A DNA stretch of 64,000 bases from Methylacidimicrobium fagopyrum (GTDB lineage Bacteria; Verrucomicrobiota; Verrucomicrobiia; Limisphaerales; UBA11358), in the NCBI GenBank assembly GCA_026225255.1, contig JAMFSJ010000059.1, positions 38,311 to 102,310 on the forward strand, given 5' to 3'. The notes beneath the pieces are model-generated. The model saw only the letters and a program-made list of their open reading frames with translations, did not search any database and was not told the DNA's origin. This document shows, one piece after another, positions 18,234 to 25,882 of this stretch. Numbering within the stretch: the first letter of the stretch is position 1; the number at the start of each line of letters is the position of its first letter. Both the position numbers and the translations under genes were made by a program.

Positions 18234-19104
18234 AAAAGTTTTCGTCCGGGTTAGCCGCTAACCATTCACTCAAGCGGGTCAGCGGCACGGATAAAATATT
18301 TTGAACTTTAGAAATGTTCAACGATGTATCCAGCGCGCGCGGCGGACCAGCGAAAGCTTTGGCCGAACCGGATTGAATTTGCGTTTTTACTTCCGGCCAG
18401 CGTTGGACGAGTAATTGGCCAATTTGAAAGCGCGATAACTTTTCCGCGCCGGCGACGTGGAAAATTCCCGCGCACTTTTTCTCGGCCAATTCCCAAACCG
18501 CCCGGACGGTCTCCGCGACTGGAATTGGACAGCGAAACTCATCCGTGAATAGCGTCATCCCCTGCCCTGACGCTTGCATTGAGCGGCGCAATTGTTCATT
18601 GAACGCGCGATTGCCCGTGGACGAAACGCCGCCGTTGATGGAAGTGCGCACGACCAGATGGCGCGGATTTTGCACCACAATTTTTTCCGCCGCGACTTTG
18701 GTTTCACCGTAAACGTGCAACGGATTTACCTCGTCGAATTCGGCATAATTTCCTTTGCGCCCATCAAAAACCAGATCGGTGGAAAAGAAGATGAATTGTT
18801 TATCGCACGCCAATTCTGCAAGCATCTGGGTGATTTCCACATTCACGCGTTGCGCGAGGGTGGGATTTTTTTGGGCATCCGCCACCGCCGTGATCGCGGC
18901 GCAGTGGATGATGAGTTCTGGCTGATCGCACAAAAATTCGCGGCGCAACGCAGCAAAATCGAGCAGATCAAAATCCGCCCGGGTGAGCGCCCGCACGCGC
19001 CATTGCGGAGCCAAACGTGGCGCGGTTTGGACTAGGTAATTTCCGATCAGGCCATTTGCGCCGGTGATCCAGACCAAACGCCTCGATGAATCAAATTCGG
19101 CCAT
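18232..19104 (-). CDS. SDR-family NAD(P)-dependent sugar-nucleotide reductase (RmlD/dTDP-4-dehydrorhamnose reductase-like)
   Basis: Rossmann motif WITGANGLIGNYL, then YGETKVAAE (YxxxK). The start was set at MAEFDSS (19104). The ORF is open to 19137. Confidence 0.7.
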   Translation of the reverse strand: MAEFDSSRRLVWITGANGLIGNYLVQTAPRLAPQWRVRALTRADFDLLDFAALRREFLCDQPELIIHCAAITAVADAQKNPTLAQRVNVEITQMLAELACDKQFIFFSTDLVFDGRKGNYAEFDEVNPLHVYGETKVAAEKIVVQNPRHLVVRTSINGGVSSTGNRAFNEQLRRSMQASGQGMTLFTDEFRCPIPVAETVRAVWELAEKKCAGIFHVAGAEKLSRFQIGQLLVQRWPEVKTQIQSGSAKAFAGPPRALDTSLNISKVQNILSVPLTRLSEWLAANPDENF

Positions 19105-19384
19105 GCCAGTAACCGGGACGACGTTTACCATGAGCAATTGCTATAATCAAAATCTGATCAGCCCGTTCAAGAAAAATAACCAAATATGGAAAGCGAGGAA
19201 TCAAAGCACGTCTGGTTCGTTTACTATAAGACCTCCACCGTAATGGCGATGACTGAATTTTTCCCACAACCGTCTCAATATTCTTTCGAAAATCAACTCC
19301 CAAAGCGGGCAAACACTCTTCATAGTATCCAATCGCCGTGCTCAATTCTGCCACTGCTTCCGGATGAAACTCAACGGGCTTCAT
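19091..19384 (-). CDS. RelE/ParE-family type II toxin
   Basis: 97 aa. ...RRALIPRFPYLVIFLERADQILIIAIAHGKRRPGYW is the typical ParE/RelE C-terminal pattern. It overlaps the upstream antitoxin by 4 nt. Confidence 0.75.
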   Translation of the reverse strand: MKPVEFHPEAVAELSTAIGYYEECLPALGVDFRKNIETVVGKIQSSPLRWRSYSKRTRRALIPRFPYLVIFLERADQILIIAIAHGKRRPGYWHGRI

Positions 19385-19620
19385 CCGTATTTAACACGCA
19401 GTTGAGCGAAAACATCTTCGGCCGGAATGGTTTTAGCGCGACCGGAAATAATTTCATCAACACGCTTTTCAACTTCGACTTGCCAAGCTTGTTCAACTTC
19501 TGCCGTGTCTTCAACGGGAGTCGGATCAAACGTTTGAATCAAAATTTTTGTCAACGCCGAACGGTCAGTCAGTGACAAGCTTAAAGCTTCTTCCGCAACT
19601 TGTTCCAGTGTTGCTTTCAT
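19381..19620 (-). CDS. Addiction-module antitoxin (putative addiction module component family)
   Basis: 79 aa. LSLSLTDRSALTKILIQTFDP...VEQAWQVEVEKRVDEIISGRAKTIPAEDVFAQLR is the typical antitoxin partner of ParE/RelE-like toxins. Confidence 0.7.
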   Translation of the reverse strand: MKATLEQVAEEALSLSLTDRSALTKILIQTFDPTPVEDTAEVEQAWQVEVEKRVDEIISGRAKTIPAEDVFAQLRVKYG

Positions 19621-19663
19621 TTGAACTTCAAATTAGTCCCACCGAACAATAGCGTCAAGCGGT

Positions 19664-20557
19664 TCAATCAATCAACCGTTTCGTCAAATCACCATAAGCA
19701 TCAATCCGGCGGTCGCGGAGGAACGGCCAGTGCGTGCGCGTGGTGTCTACGTGCGCGAGATCTACGGGCACGATCAGAATTTCTTCCTTGTCGGAACCGG
19801 CTTTGGCGATGATTTCGCCCGAGGTGCCGGCGACAAAACTTTGGCCCCAGAATTCCAAGCCGTCGCCGCCGACGCCTTTGATGATTTCGTGGCCGATGCG
19901 ATTGACGGAAGCAACGTAGCAACCGTTCGCAACGGCATGCGAGCGTTGGATGGTTTCCCACGCGCTGTGTTGTTTGATGCCGTATTTCACTTTTTCCGAC
20001 GGATGCCAGCCGATGGCGGTCGGGTAAAAAAGAATTTCCGCACCTTGCATCGCCGTCAAACGGGCGGCTTCGGGATACCATTGATCCCAACAAATCAATA
20101 CGCCGATCTTCGCGTATTTGGTTTGCCAGGACTTGAAACCGAGGTCGCCGGGCGTGAAATAAAATTTCTCGTAGAACAACGGATCATCAGGAATGTGCAT
20201 CTTGCGATAGATGCCGAGGAGCGAACCGTCGGCGTCAATGATCGCGGCGGTATTATGATACAAGCCGGACGCGCGTTTCTCGAAGAGCGAGGCGATGATG
20301 ACAACTTTATGTTTCTTCGCGAGTTTTTGAAAAGCGTCGGTGCTCGGGCCGGGGATTTTTTCGGCGAGCTTGAAATGTTCGTGGTCCTCGCTCTGGCAAA
20401 AATATTGCGAGCGAAAAAGTTCCTGCGTGCAAATGATCTGCGCGCCCTGATTGGCAGCGCGTTCGATGAGCGCGATGGTCTTTTTCAGATTCGCGTCAGG
20501 ATTGGCCGACACGTCCGTTTGAACGAGGCCGAGTTTAATTTCGGACGAAGCTTTCAT
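19664..20557 (-). CDS. aguB: N-carbamoylputrescine amidase (carbon-nitrogen hydrolase family)
   Basis: 297 aa. The nitrilase-superfamily E-K-C triad context is present: ICTQELF, IYRKMHIPDDP, IGVLICWDQWYPE. Confidence 0.8.
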   Translation of the reverse strand: MKASSEIKLGLVQTDVSANPDANLKKTIALIERAANQGAQIICTQELFRSQYFCQSEDHEHFKLAEKIPGPSTDAFQKLAKKHKVVIIASLFEKRASGLYHNTAAIIDADGSLLGIYRKMHIPDDPLFYEKFYFTPGDLGFKSWQTKYAKIGVLICWDQWYPEAARLTAMQGAEILFYPTAIGWHPSEKVKYGIKQHSAWETIQRSHAVANGCYVASVNRIGHEIIKGVGGDGLEFWGQSFVAGTSGEIIAKAGSDKEEILIVPVDLAHVDTTRTHWPFLRDRRIDAYGDLTKRLID

Positions 20558-20569
20558 ACGATCAGAAGT

Positions 20570-21571
20570 TTACCGCGCGTTTTGCGCGAGAAAAATGGTT
20601 TTCAATTGGGCATCCGCCGCCACCGGTTTCACGGGTTCCTGACCGAAGAGTTCGCGGATGAATTTGCCGAGCGTTTCGTTCGTCGGGCCATAGCCGCTGT
20701 GATAGATGTAGTATTCGAGATCATACATCAATTCATCAGCCGTCGCATAACGACGGTTTGTGTCGCGCGCGAGGCAGTGGTGCAAAATGTCGTTCAGCTT
20801 GTCGTCGATGCGCGCATCAAGCGCCCGAAAATCCGGGATCGGCTGGTTCAAAATACGGTTGCGGGATTCCTCCGCCGTGGCGCCTTTGAATAAATTCCGC
20901 CCTAAAAGTAAGTGTCCAAGCACGACCCCAGCGGAAAAAATATCCGACCGTTTGTCCGTGATTTGAAAATCCGCCTGCTCCGGACTCATGTAATCCGGCT
21001 TGCCCGCAACGACTTCGCCTTCTTGATCCGTGAGAAAACCCTTCGCTTTGGCGATGCCGAAATCCGTCAATTTCACGTCGCCTTCGAACGCGATGAGAAT
21101 ATTTTTGAAGCTCACGTCGCGATGGACAATGCCCATCGGCTTGAAATTCTTATCCGACTTCGAATGCGCGTAAGCCAGCCCGCGGGCGATACGGCTGGTG
21201 ATAAACACCGCGAGTTCCTTGGACAACGTCTTGCGCTTATCTGCAAGTTGATGCGAAAATTGTTCAAGATTAACGCCCCGGATCAATTCCATGGCGATGA
21301 AACACACGCCATTCGCTTCGCCCAAATGATACGTTTGAACGATGTTGGTGTGGATCAAATCCGCGACGAGTTTGGCTTCGCCAATGAAGTTCTCGATGAA
21401 CATCTTCTGGCTCGCGTAATTGGGGCGGATGATCTTGATGGCAACGCGTTTAACGAAATCGCGCGAGCCGTGTTGCTCGGCCTCATAGACAATGCCCATA
21501 CCGCCCTCAAAAATTTTGCGGACGATCTCGTAACGGAATTCGCTCTGGATGCTGAATAACGGCACGCGCAC
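20570..21571 (-). CDS. Ser/Thr protein kinase (Hanks type, kinase domain only)
   Basis: Motifs: GGMGIVYEA, VAIKII, VHRDVSFKNIL, LTDFGIAK, DYMSPEQ. Confidence 0.9.
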   Translation of the reverse strand: MRVPLFSIQSEFRYEIVRKIFEGGMGIVYEAEQHGSRDFVKRVAIKIIRPNYASQKMFIENFIGEAKLVADLIHTNIVQTYHLGEANGVCFIAMELIRGVNLEQFSHQLADKRKTLSKELAVFITSRIARGLAYAHSKSDKNFKPMGIVHRDVSFKNILIAFEGDVKLTDFGIAKAKGFLTDQEGEVVAGKPDYMSPEQADFQITDKRSDIFSAGVVLGHLLLGRNLFKGATAEESRNRILNQPIPDFRALDARIDDKLNDILHHCLARDTNRRYATADELMYDLEYYIYHSGYGPTNETLGKFIRELFGQEPVKPVAADAQLKTIFLAQNAR

Positions 21572-21904
21572 ATGGTCGGGAATTGGCGAACGAAGTCAAG
21601 CCCTGCGCCAACAAACAACTTTAGCCGCCAGGACAAAAAACGATGAATGACGGAGGGCGAATCAAAACCACCTTCAAAATTCGTCCGTGAAAAACCCGTG
21701 TCACCGTGTCAAAAACCTACTCCCGCCTGCGTTCATCAGGGTTGATCTACGATTCCATTCCCCCCGGATTTGCCACAAAAAAACTTTAATTTTTTCACTT
21801 TTTTCGCTTGCGCGGCGCGGCCATTGGATTTTCAATCGGGGCAAGTCTGTTGATTTTCCGGACAAAACAAACAACAACAACCAAAGTTCTACTAAATTAA
21901 AATT

Positions 21905-22192
21905 ATGGCCAAAGCACTCTCCAAAGCTCAGATCGCCTCGCTCGTCGCCGAGAAGAACGGTCTTTCCAAAAAGCAAGCGGTTGAAATCCTCGACTACATC
22001 GCGGGCCTCGCTTACAAACACGCGAAAGACACCTTCACGCTGCCGGGCATCGGCAAGCTCGTCCTGAAAAACCGCGCCGCCCGCATCGGCCGCAATCCGA
22101 AGACCGGGGAACAAATCCAGATCAAAGCCAAACGCGTCGTGAAATTCCGCGTGGCCAAAGCCGCGAAAGACGCGATCCTCGGCACCAAGTAA
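21905..22192 (+). CDS. hup: HU/IHF-family DNA-binding protein
   Basis: 95 aa. ...LPGIGKLVLKNRAARIGRNPKTGEQIQIKAKRVVKFR is the HU beta-arm signature. Confidence 0.9.
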   Translation: MAKALSKAQIASLVAEKNGLSKKQAVEILDYIAGLAYKHAKDTFTLPGIGKLVLKNRAARIGRNPKTGEQIQIKAKRVVKFRVAKAAKDAILGTK

Positions 22193-22206
22193 TTGATTAC
22201 TTTCAT

Positions 22207-22241
22207 AAAAAGAGCGCTCCATTTTGGGGCGCTCTTTTTTT
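22207..22241 (+). terminator. Intrinsic terminator after hup
   Basis: Stem agagcgc (22211-22217) / gcgctct (22229-22235) followed by tttttt. Confidence 0.7.
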
Positions 22242-22317
22242 GTGAGGGCAGCGACCTGTCGCCGCAATCTAAATTAAGGCGATACCAATTATCCTGACGA
22301 ATCGTCTTAAAACGGAC

Positions 22318-23187
22318 ATGAGACATTTGTTCATCCGCCTCGCCCTATTAATTCTCGCCGGAACGGTCGCCCGACCAGTCGGATACGCGCAAAGTTCTAC
22401 GAACACCGCCCAACCCTTTCTCGTTTTCGACAACATGTTTTATGCGGGCAAACCAGATTTCTCGACGAACGGATTGATTCCCAATTGCGTGGTCTACGAA
22501 ACCAGTGAATTAAAAGCCGCCGTCGCCGCCGGTCAATTACCCGACGAAACAGCCTTCAAAGAAAAAATCAAAAGGCTTTCGCTGAACCGTCCCGGTCCCA
22601 TCGTCATTGACATCGAATACGCTTACCTTTCAAAAAATAAAAAAACGACGGATGCTGAAGTGAAGCAGCATTTCAAATTATTTATCACGCTCGCACATTG
22701 GGCGCACGAAGCCGCGCCCGGCCATCTCGTCGGCTTTTACGGCCACGGCTTATTCCCCGAAGAACCAGGCAAAGAATACGGGGCGGAAACCAAAGAACTG
22801 CTCGCCGCCATGGACGCTTTTTTCCCTTCCCTATATTCACACGGTAATCAATCGCCCGCGCAATGGCGGGAGAAACTGCAATTTCTGATCCAGCAAGCCC
22901 ATCAAATCGCGCCCGGCAAACCCGTTTATCCGTATATTTGGGCGCAATATCACGAAGGCGGCCCAAAGGCGTTGGAATTTTTGGACGCGGATTACCTGAC
23001 CTTCCAACTGGAAGCTGCGCGCACCGACGGCGCGGATGGCGTCGTGTTTTGGTCCGGAAACAAACCCGCGTGGACCGATCGTCCGTGGGCGCAAGCCATG
23101 TTAAAATTTGTCGCCGCCAAACCGATATGCAAAACAGCGGTCAAATCTGACCCGACTGCGCGGCCGAAAGCGTTGGAGCCGGAATGA
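22318..23187 (+). CDS. Secreted GH56-like (hyaluronidase-fold) protein
   Basis: 289 aa with a signal peptide. Collinear matches to my recollection of human HYAL1 and bee-venom hyaluronidase blocks: PIVIDIEYAY (vs VIDWE/VIDFE, catalytic Asp/Glu), LVGFYGHG (vs LWGFYGFP), FFPSLYS (vs LYPSIYM), PVYPYIWAQY (vs VLPYVQIFY), GADGVVFWSGN (vs GAAGVVLWVSW). Confidence 0.6.
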   Translation: MRHLFIRLALLILAGTVARPVGYAQSSTNTAQPFLVFDNMFYAGKPDFSTNGLIPNCVVYETSELKAAVAAGQLPDETAFKEKIKRLSLNRPGPIVIDIEYAYLSKNKKTTDAEVKQHFKLFITLAHWAHEAAPGHLVGFYGHGLFPEEPGKEYGAETKELLAAMDAFFPSLYSHGNQSPAQWREKLQFLIQQAHQIAPGKPVYPYIWAQYHEGGPKALEFLDADYLTFQLEAARTDGADGVVFWSGNKPAWTDRPWAQAMLKFVAAKPICKTAVKSDPTARPKALEPE

Positions 23188-23379
23188 TTTTGCCAAGGCA
23201 CTTCGATTGGCCGGAGCGCCTTTTCATTTCACGATCCAATTTTCCGATTTTCCCTTGGCACGTATTTCGTGTAATTCACGGTTGGCCGCTTCGCCGTTTA
23301 CATCTGGGCGTTGAATTTTTCATTCTGAAAATTCTGTCAATTCCGCCCGATACAATTAAACTCCGCGCTTATTGCAAAC

Positions 23380-24582
23380 ATGAATCGCAAGCCGTCCATC
23401 CTCGTTATTTTCCTGTCGGTCTTCATTGACCTCATTGGTTTTGGCATCGTGCTGCCGCTATTGCCCGGCTTTGCCGAGGACAATTTCAAACCCGATTTCA
23501 GCGCCAAAGGCTTCATGATCGGCGGCATCATCGCCTCATTTTCCGCGATGCAATTTTTCTTCGCCCCCGCGTGGGGGAAATTATCCGACCGCATCGGGCG
23601 CCGTCCCGTCATGCTCATCAGCAACCTCGGCGCCGCCGGTTCGTATGCGCTGTTTGCCTTCGCCTGCAGCTTGAGCGGCGACGCCGGCCTCGTCTGGATT
23701 TTAATCTCGCGCATTTTTGCTGGCATCTGCGGCGCAAATCTTTCCGTCGCTTCCGCCTACATCGCCGATATTTCGCCGCCCGAAAAACGTTCCGCCCGCA
23801 TGGGATTGATTGGCATGGCGTTCGGCCTTGGCTTCATTTTCGGTCCGGCCATTGGCGCGTTCAGCGTAGAATTATTTGGCAAGACCGGCCCCGGCTTCGT
23901 TGCCGCCGGTTTCTGCGCCGCGAATTTCATCCTCGGCTGGTTCATTCTCGGCGAAAGCCGCCAGCCCAGTTCTGCGCCCGTCACGCCACGACCGAAATTT
24001 ACCCAATGGGGCCATACCCTCGCGCAGCCTAAATTGGGTATCCTCGTTAGCGTATTCTTTTTCGCAACGTTCTGCTTCACCTGCTTTGAATCGACTTTCC
24101 CGTTGCTGGCTAAACATCAATTTGGCCTTGGCGAAAAAGGTCTAAACCATCGCGTCGGCTATCTGTTCACCTACGCGGGTGTCATCGCTGCGCTCGTGCA
24201 AGGCGTCATCGGACGGCTCGTCAAAAAATTCGGCGAACCCAAATTAATTTTCTTCAGCCTCATCGTGTTTGCCGCTGGTCTTGCGGGCTTACCATTCGCC
24301 AAAACGCTTCCGGAAATATTGGTCGTCCTTGCCTTGCTTGCCATCGGTTCGGGACTGAACCGTCCCCCTGTCTTCGGCATGATCTCGCTGAATTCATCGC
24401 CCGATGAACAAGGTGCGAACCTTGGCGTCGCCCAAAGCATCGGCGCCCTCGCCCGCATGCTGGGACCGGTTTTCGCCGGCACTTTATTTTTCGTGCAACC
24501 CTCCCTGCCCTACTTGATCTGCGGGGGCATCGCATTGCTGACGTCCTTCTTCGCGTGGAGATTTCTTTGCCGCACTAAGTAA
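23380..24582 (+). CDS. MFS transporter (12-TM, DHA1/Tet-like)
   Basis: 400 aa. MFS motif A is present: GKLSDRIGRRPV. Hydrophobic throughout. Confidence 0.85.
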   Translation: MNRKPSILVIFLSVFIDLIGFGIVLPLLPGFAEDNFKPDFSAKGFMIGGIIASFSAMQFFFAPAWGKLSDRIGRRPVMLISNLGAAGSYALFAFACSLSGDAGLVWILISRIFAGICGANLSVASAYIADISPPEKRSARMGLIGMAFGLGFIFGPAIGAFSVELFGKTGPGFVAAGFCAANFILGWFILGESRQPSSAPVTPRPKFTQWGHTLAQPKLGILVSVFFFATFCFTCFESTFPLLAKHQFGLGEKGLNHRVGYLFTYAGVIAALVQGVIGRLVKKFGEPKLIFFSLIVFAAGLAGLPFAKTLPEILVVLALLAIGSGLNRPPVFGMISLNSSPDEQGANLGVAQSIGALARMLGPVFAGTLFFVQPSLPYLICGGIALLTSFFAWRFLCRTK

Positions 24583-24587
24583 AAAAC

Positions 24588-24670
24588 CCTCCTCGTCGTC
24601 CTCATCCTCATCCTCGTCCTCGAAATTTCTTTTAAAATTGAGGATGAGAACGAGGATGACGAGGAGGAGG
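24588..24670. repeat. Palindromic element, gaggatgaNgaNgag family
   Basis: Arms cctcctcgtcgtcctcatcctcatcctcgtcctcga (24588-24622) and ttgaggatgagaacgaggatgacgaggaggagg (24638-24670). It lies between convergent genes. Confidence 0.65.
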
Positions 24671-24750
24671 AAGTAATAAAAAAACAGCGGACCAGCCATT
24701 TCACACCCGAAGGTATGGCCAGTCCGCCGTCTGCTCACACGAACAGATTC

Positions 24751-25365
24751 TTATTGTTGCGCCGGCGGGGCGTCTTGCGGCGGTGGACCACCAGCATCGT
24801 TGCCGCCATTGCCGTCTTGCGGCGGGCTCGGACGTTTGCCGAGATATTCATCGCGTGACAATTTGCCGTCGCCGTTTTTATCCAACGTCTTCAAAACTGC
24901 GCTGGCATTGGCGATTTCATCTGCATCAATGACGCCGTCATGATTCGCATCTAACGCACGCACGATCGCCGGAGTCGGCGGACGATGTCCGCGCGAACCG
25001 AATCCCGGGCCATCATGCGGCGGCGCATTCGTGTCATCCGTCGGCACATTGGCTTCACTGTCTTTTCCTTCAGCCGGAGGTGCCGGGCGTTTGCCGAGAT
25101 ATTCATCAGTCGTCAACTTGCCGTCGCCATTTTTATCCAGCGTCTTCAAAACTGCGCTGGCATTGGCGATTTCATCCGCATCAATCACGCCGTCGTGATT
25201 CACATCCAACGCGCGCACAATCGCCGGCAGCGGTCGATGTCCGCCCGGACCCCCATCATGACCGCCCGGCGGTGGTCCGTTCCGATCATCATCTTGGGCG
25301 CAGGCAGTGAACGCCGCCGCGCCGAACGCCAACGAGACCATCATCATTTTTATTTGTGTTTTCAT
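24751..25365 (-). CDS. Secreted EF-hand calcium-binding protein with internal duplication
   Basis: 204 aa with a signal peptide. Two copies of ...AIVRALD(V/A)NHDGVIDADEIANASAVLKTLDKNGDGKL..DEYLGKRP.PP. Each copy carries two DxNxDG EF-hand loops. Confidence 0.85.
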   Translation of the reverse strand: MKTQIKMMMVSLAFGAAAFTACAQDDDRNGPPPGGHDGGPGGHRPLPAIVRALDVNHDGVIDADEIANASAVLKTLDKNGDGKLTTDEYLGKRPAPPAEGKDSEANVPTDDTNAPPHDGPGFGSRGHRPPTPAIVRALDANHDGVIDADEIANASAVLKTLDKNGDGKLSRDEYLGKRPSPPQDGNGGNDAGGPPPQDAPPAQQ

Positions 25366-25423
25366 ATCGAGCCTTTCATTTATTCAGGTGTGAAATTGTA
25401 AGATCAGTTTATCAAGCCGCGCC

Positions 25424-25825
25424 TTAAGCGGGCATTAAGATCCCCGTTTGGGTCAACGTCTGTTGCATTGTCGCCAGCGGAAACGGTTTATGGATCAATC
25501 CACAAAACCCGTGCGCACGCGCTTCCGCTTCCGTCAAAATCCGTTTGCCCGTCACCAACAATACTTTGAGCGACGGCGAAATGGCGTGCAGCCGTTGGCC
25601 CAATTGAATGCCATCCATACCCGGCATTTCCAGATCCGTGATGACACATTGAAATTGTTCCGGAGCCTCTGCAAACGCGGCGAGCGCCGCGTGCGGTGAA
25701 TCAAAACACACCGCCTCCGCCCCCGCCAAGTGCTCGGCCAGATCTGAGAAGAACACCAACATCTCCGTGTTATCGTCTACGACCATCCAGCGCGTTTTTG
25801 TTTTGAGAGCAGCCATCGTTTTCAT
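25424..25825 (-). CDS. Single-domain response regulator (receiver only)
   Basis: 133 aa. WMVVDDN...CVITDLEMPGMDG...KVLLVTG is CheY-like. Confidence 0.85.
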   Translation of the reverse strand: MKTMAALKTKTRWMVVDDNTEMLVFFSDLAEHLAGAEAVCFDSPHAALAAFAEAPEQFQCVITDLEMPGMDGIQLGQRLHAISPSLKVLLVTGKRILTEAEARAHGFCGLIHKPFPLATMQQTLTQTGILMPA

Positions 25826-25843
25826 GCGCTTACCTTACGCGAA

Positions 25844-25865
25844 CGAACCTTAAGCCGACGTGAAG
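25844..25865 (-). promoter_or_regulatory. Conserved 22-nt leader motif (CTTCACGTCGGCTTAAGGTTCG on coding strand), 18 nt upstream of the receiver ATG
   Basis: 20 of 22 positions are identical to the copy at 29613-29634, which also lies exactly 18 nt from its ATG. A third, inverted copy lies at 29671-29692. Confidence 0.5.
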
Positions 25866-25882
25866 CCGAAGAAATTTGCCGA

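Noticed and set aside
19730-20893. 387-aa plus-strand ORF
   Set aside because: It is antisense to the carbamoylputrescine amidase and kinase genes and spans their junction. Its composition is low-complexity and Arg-rich.
21701-22267. 188-aa minus-strand ORF
   Set aside because: It is antisense to the HU gene and its terminator, and it has no recognisable motif.
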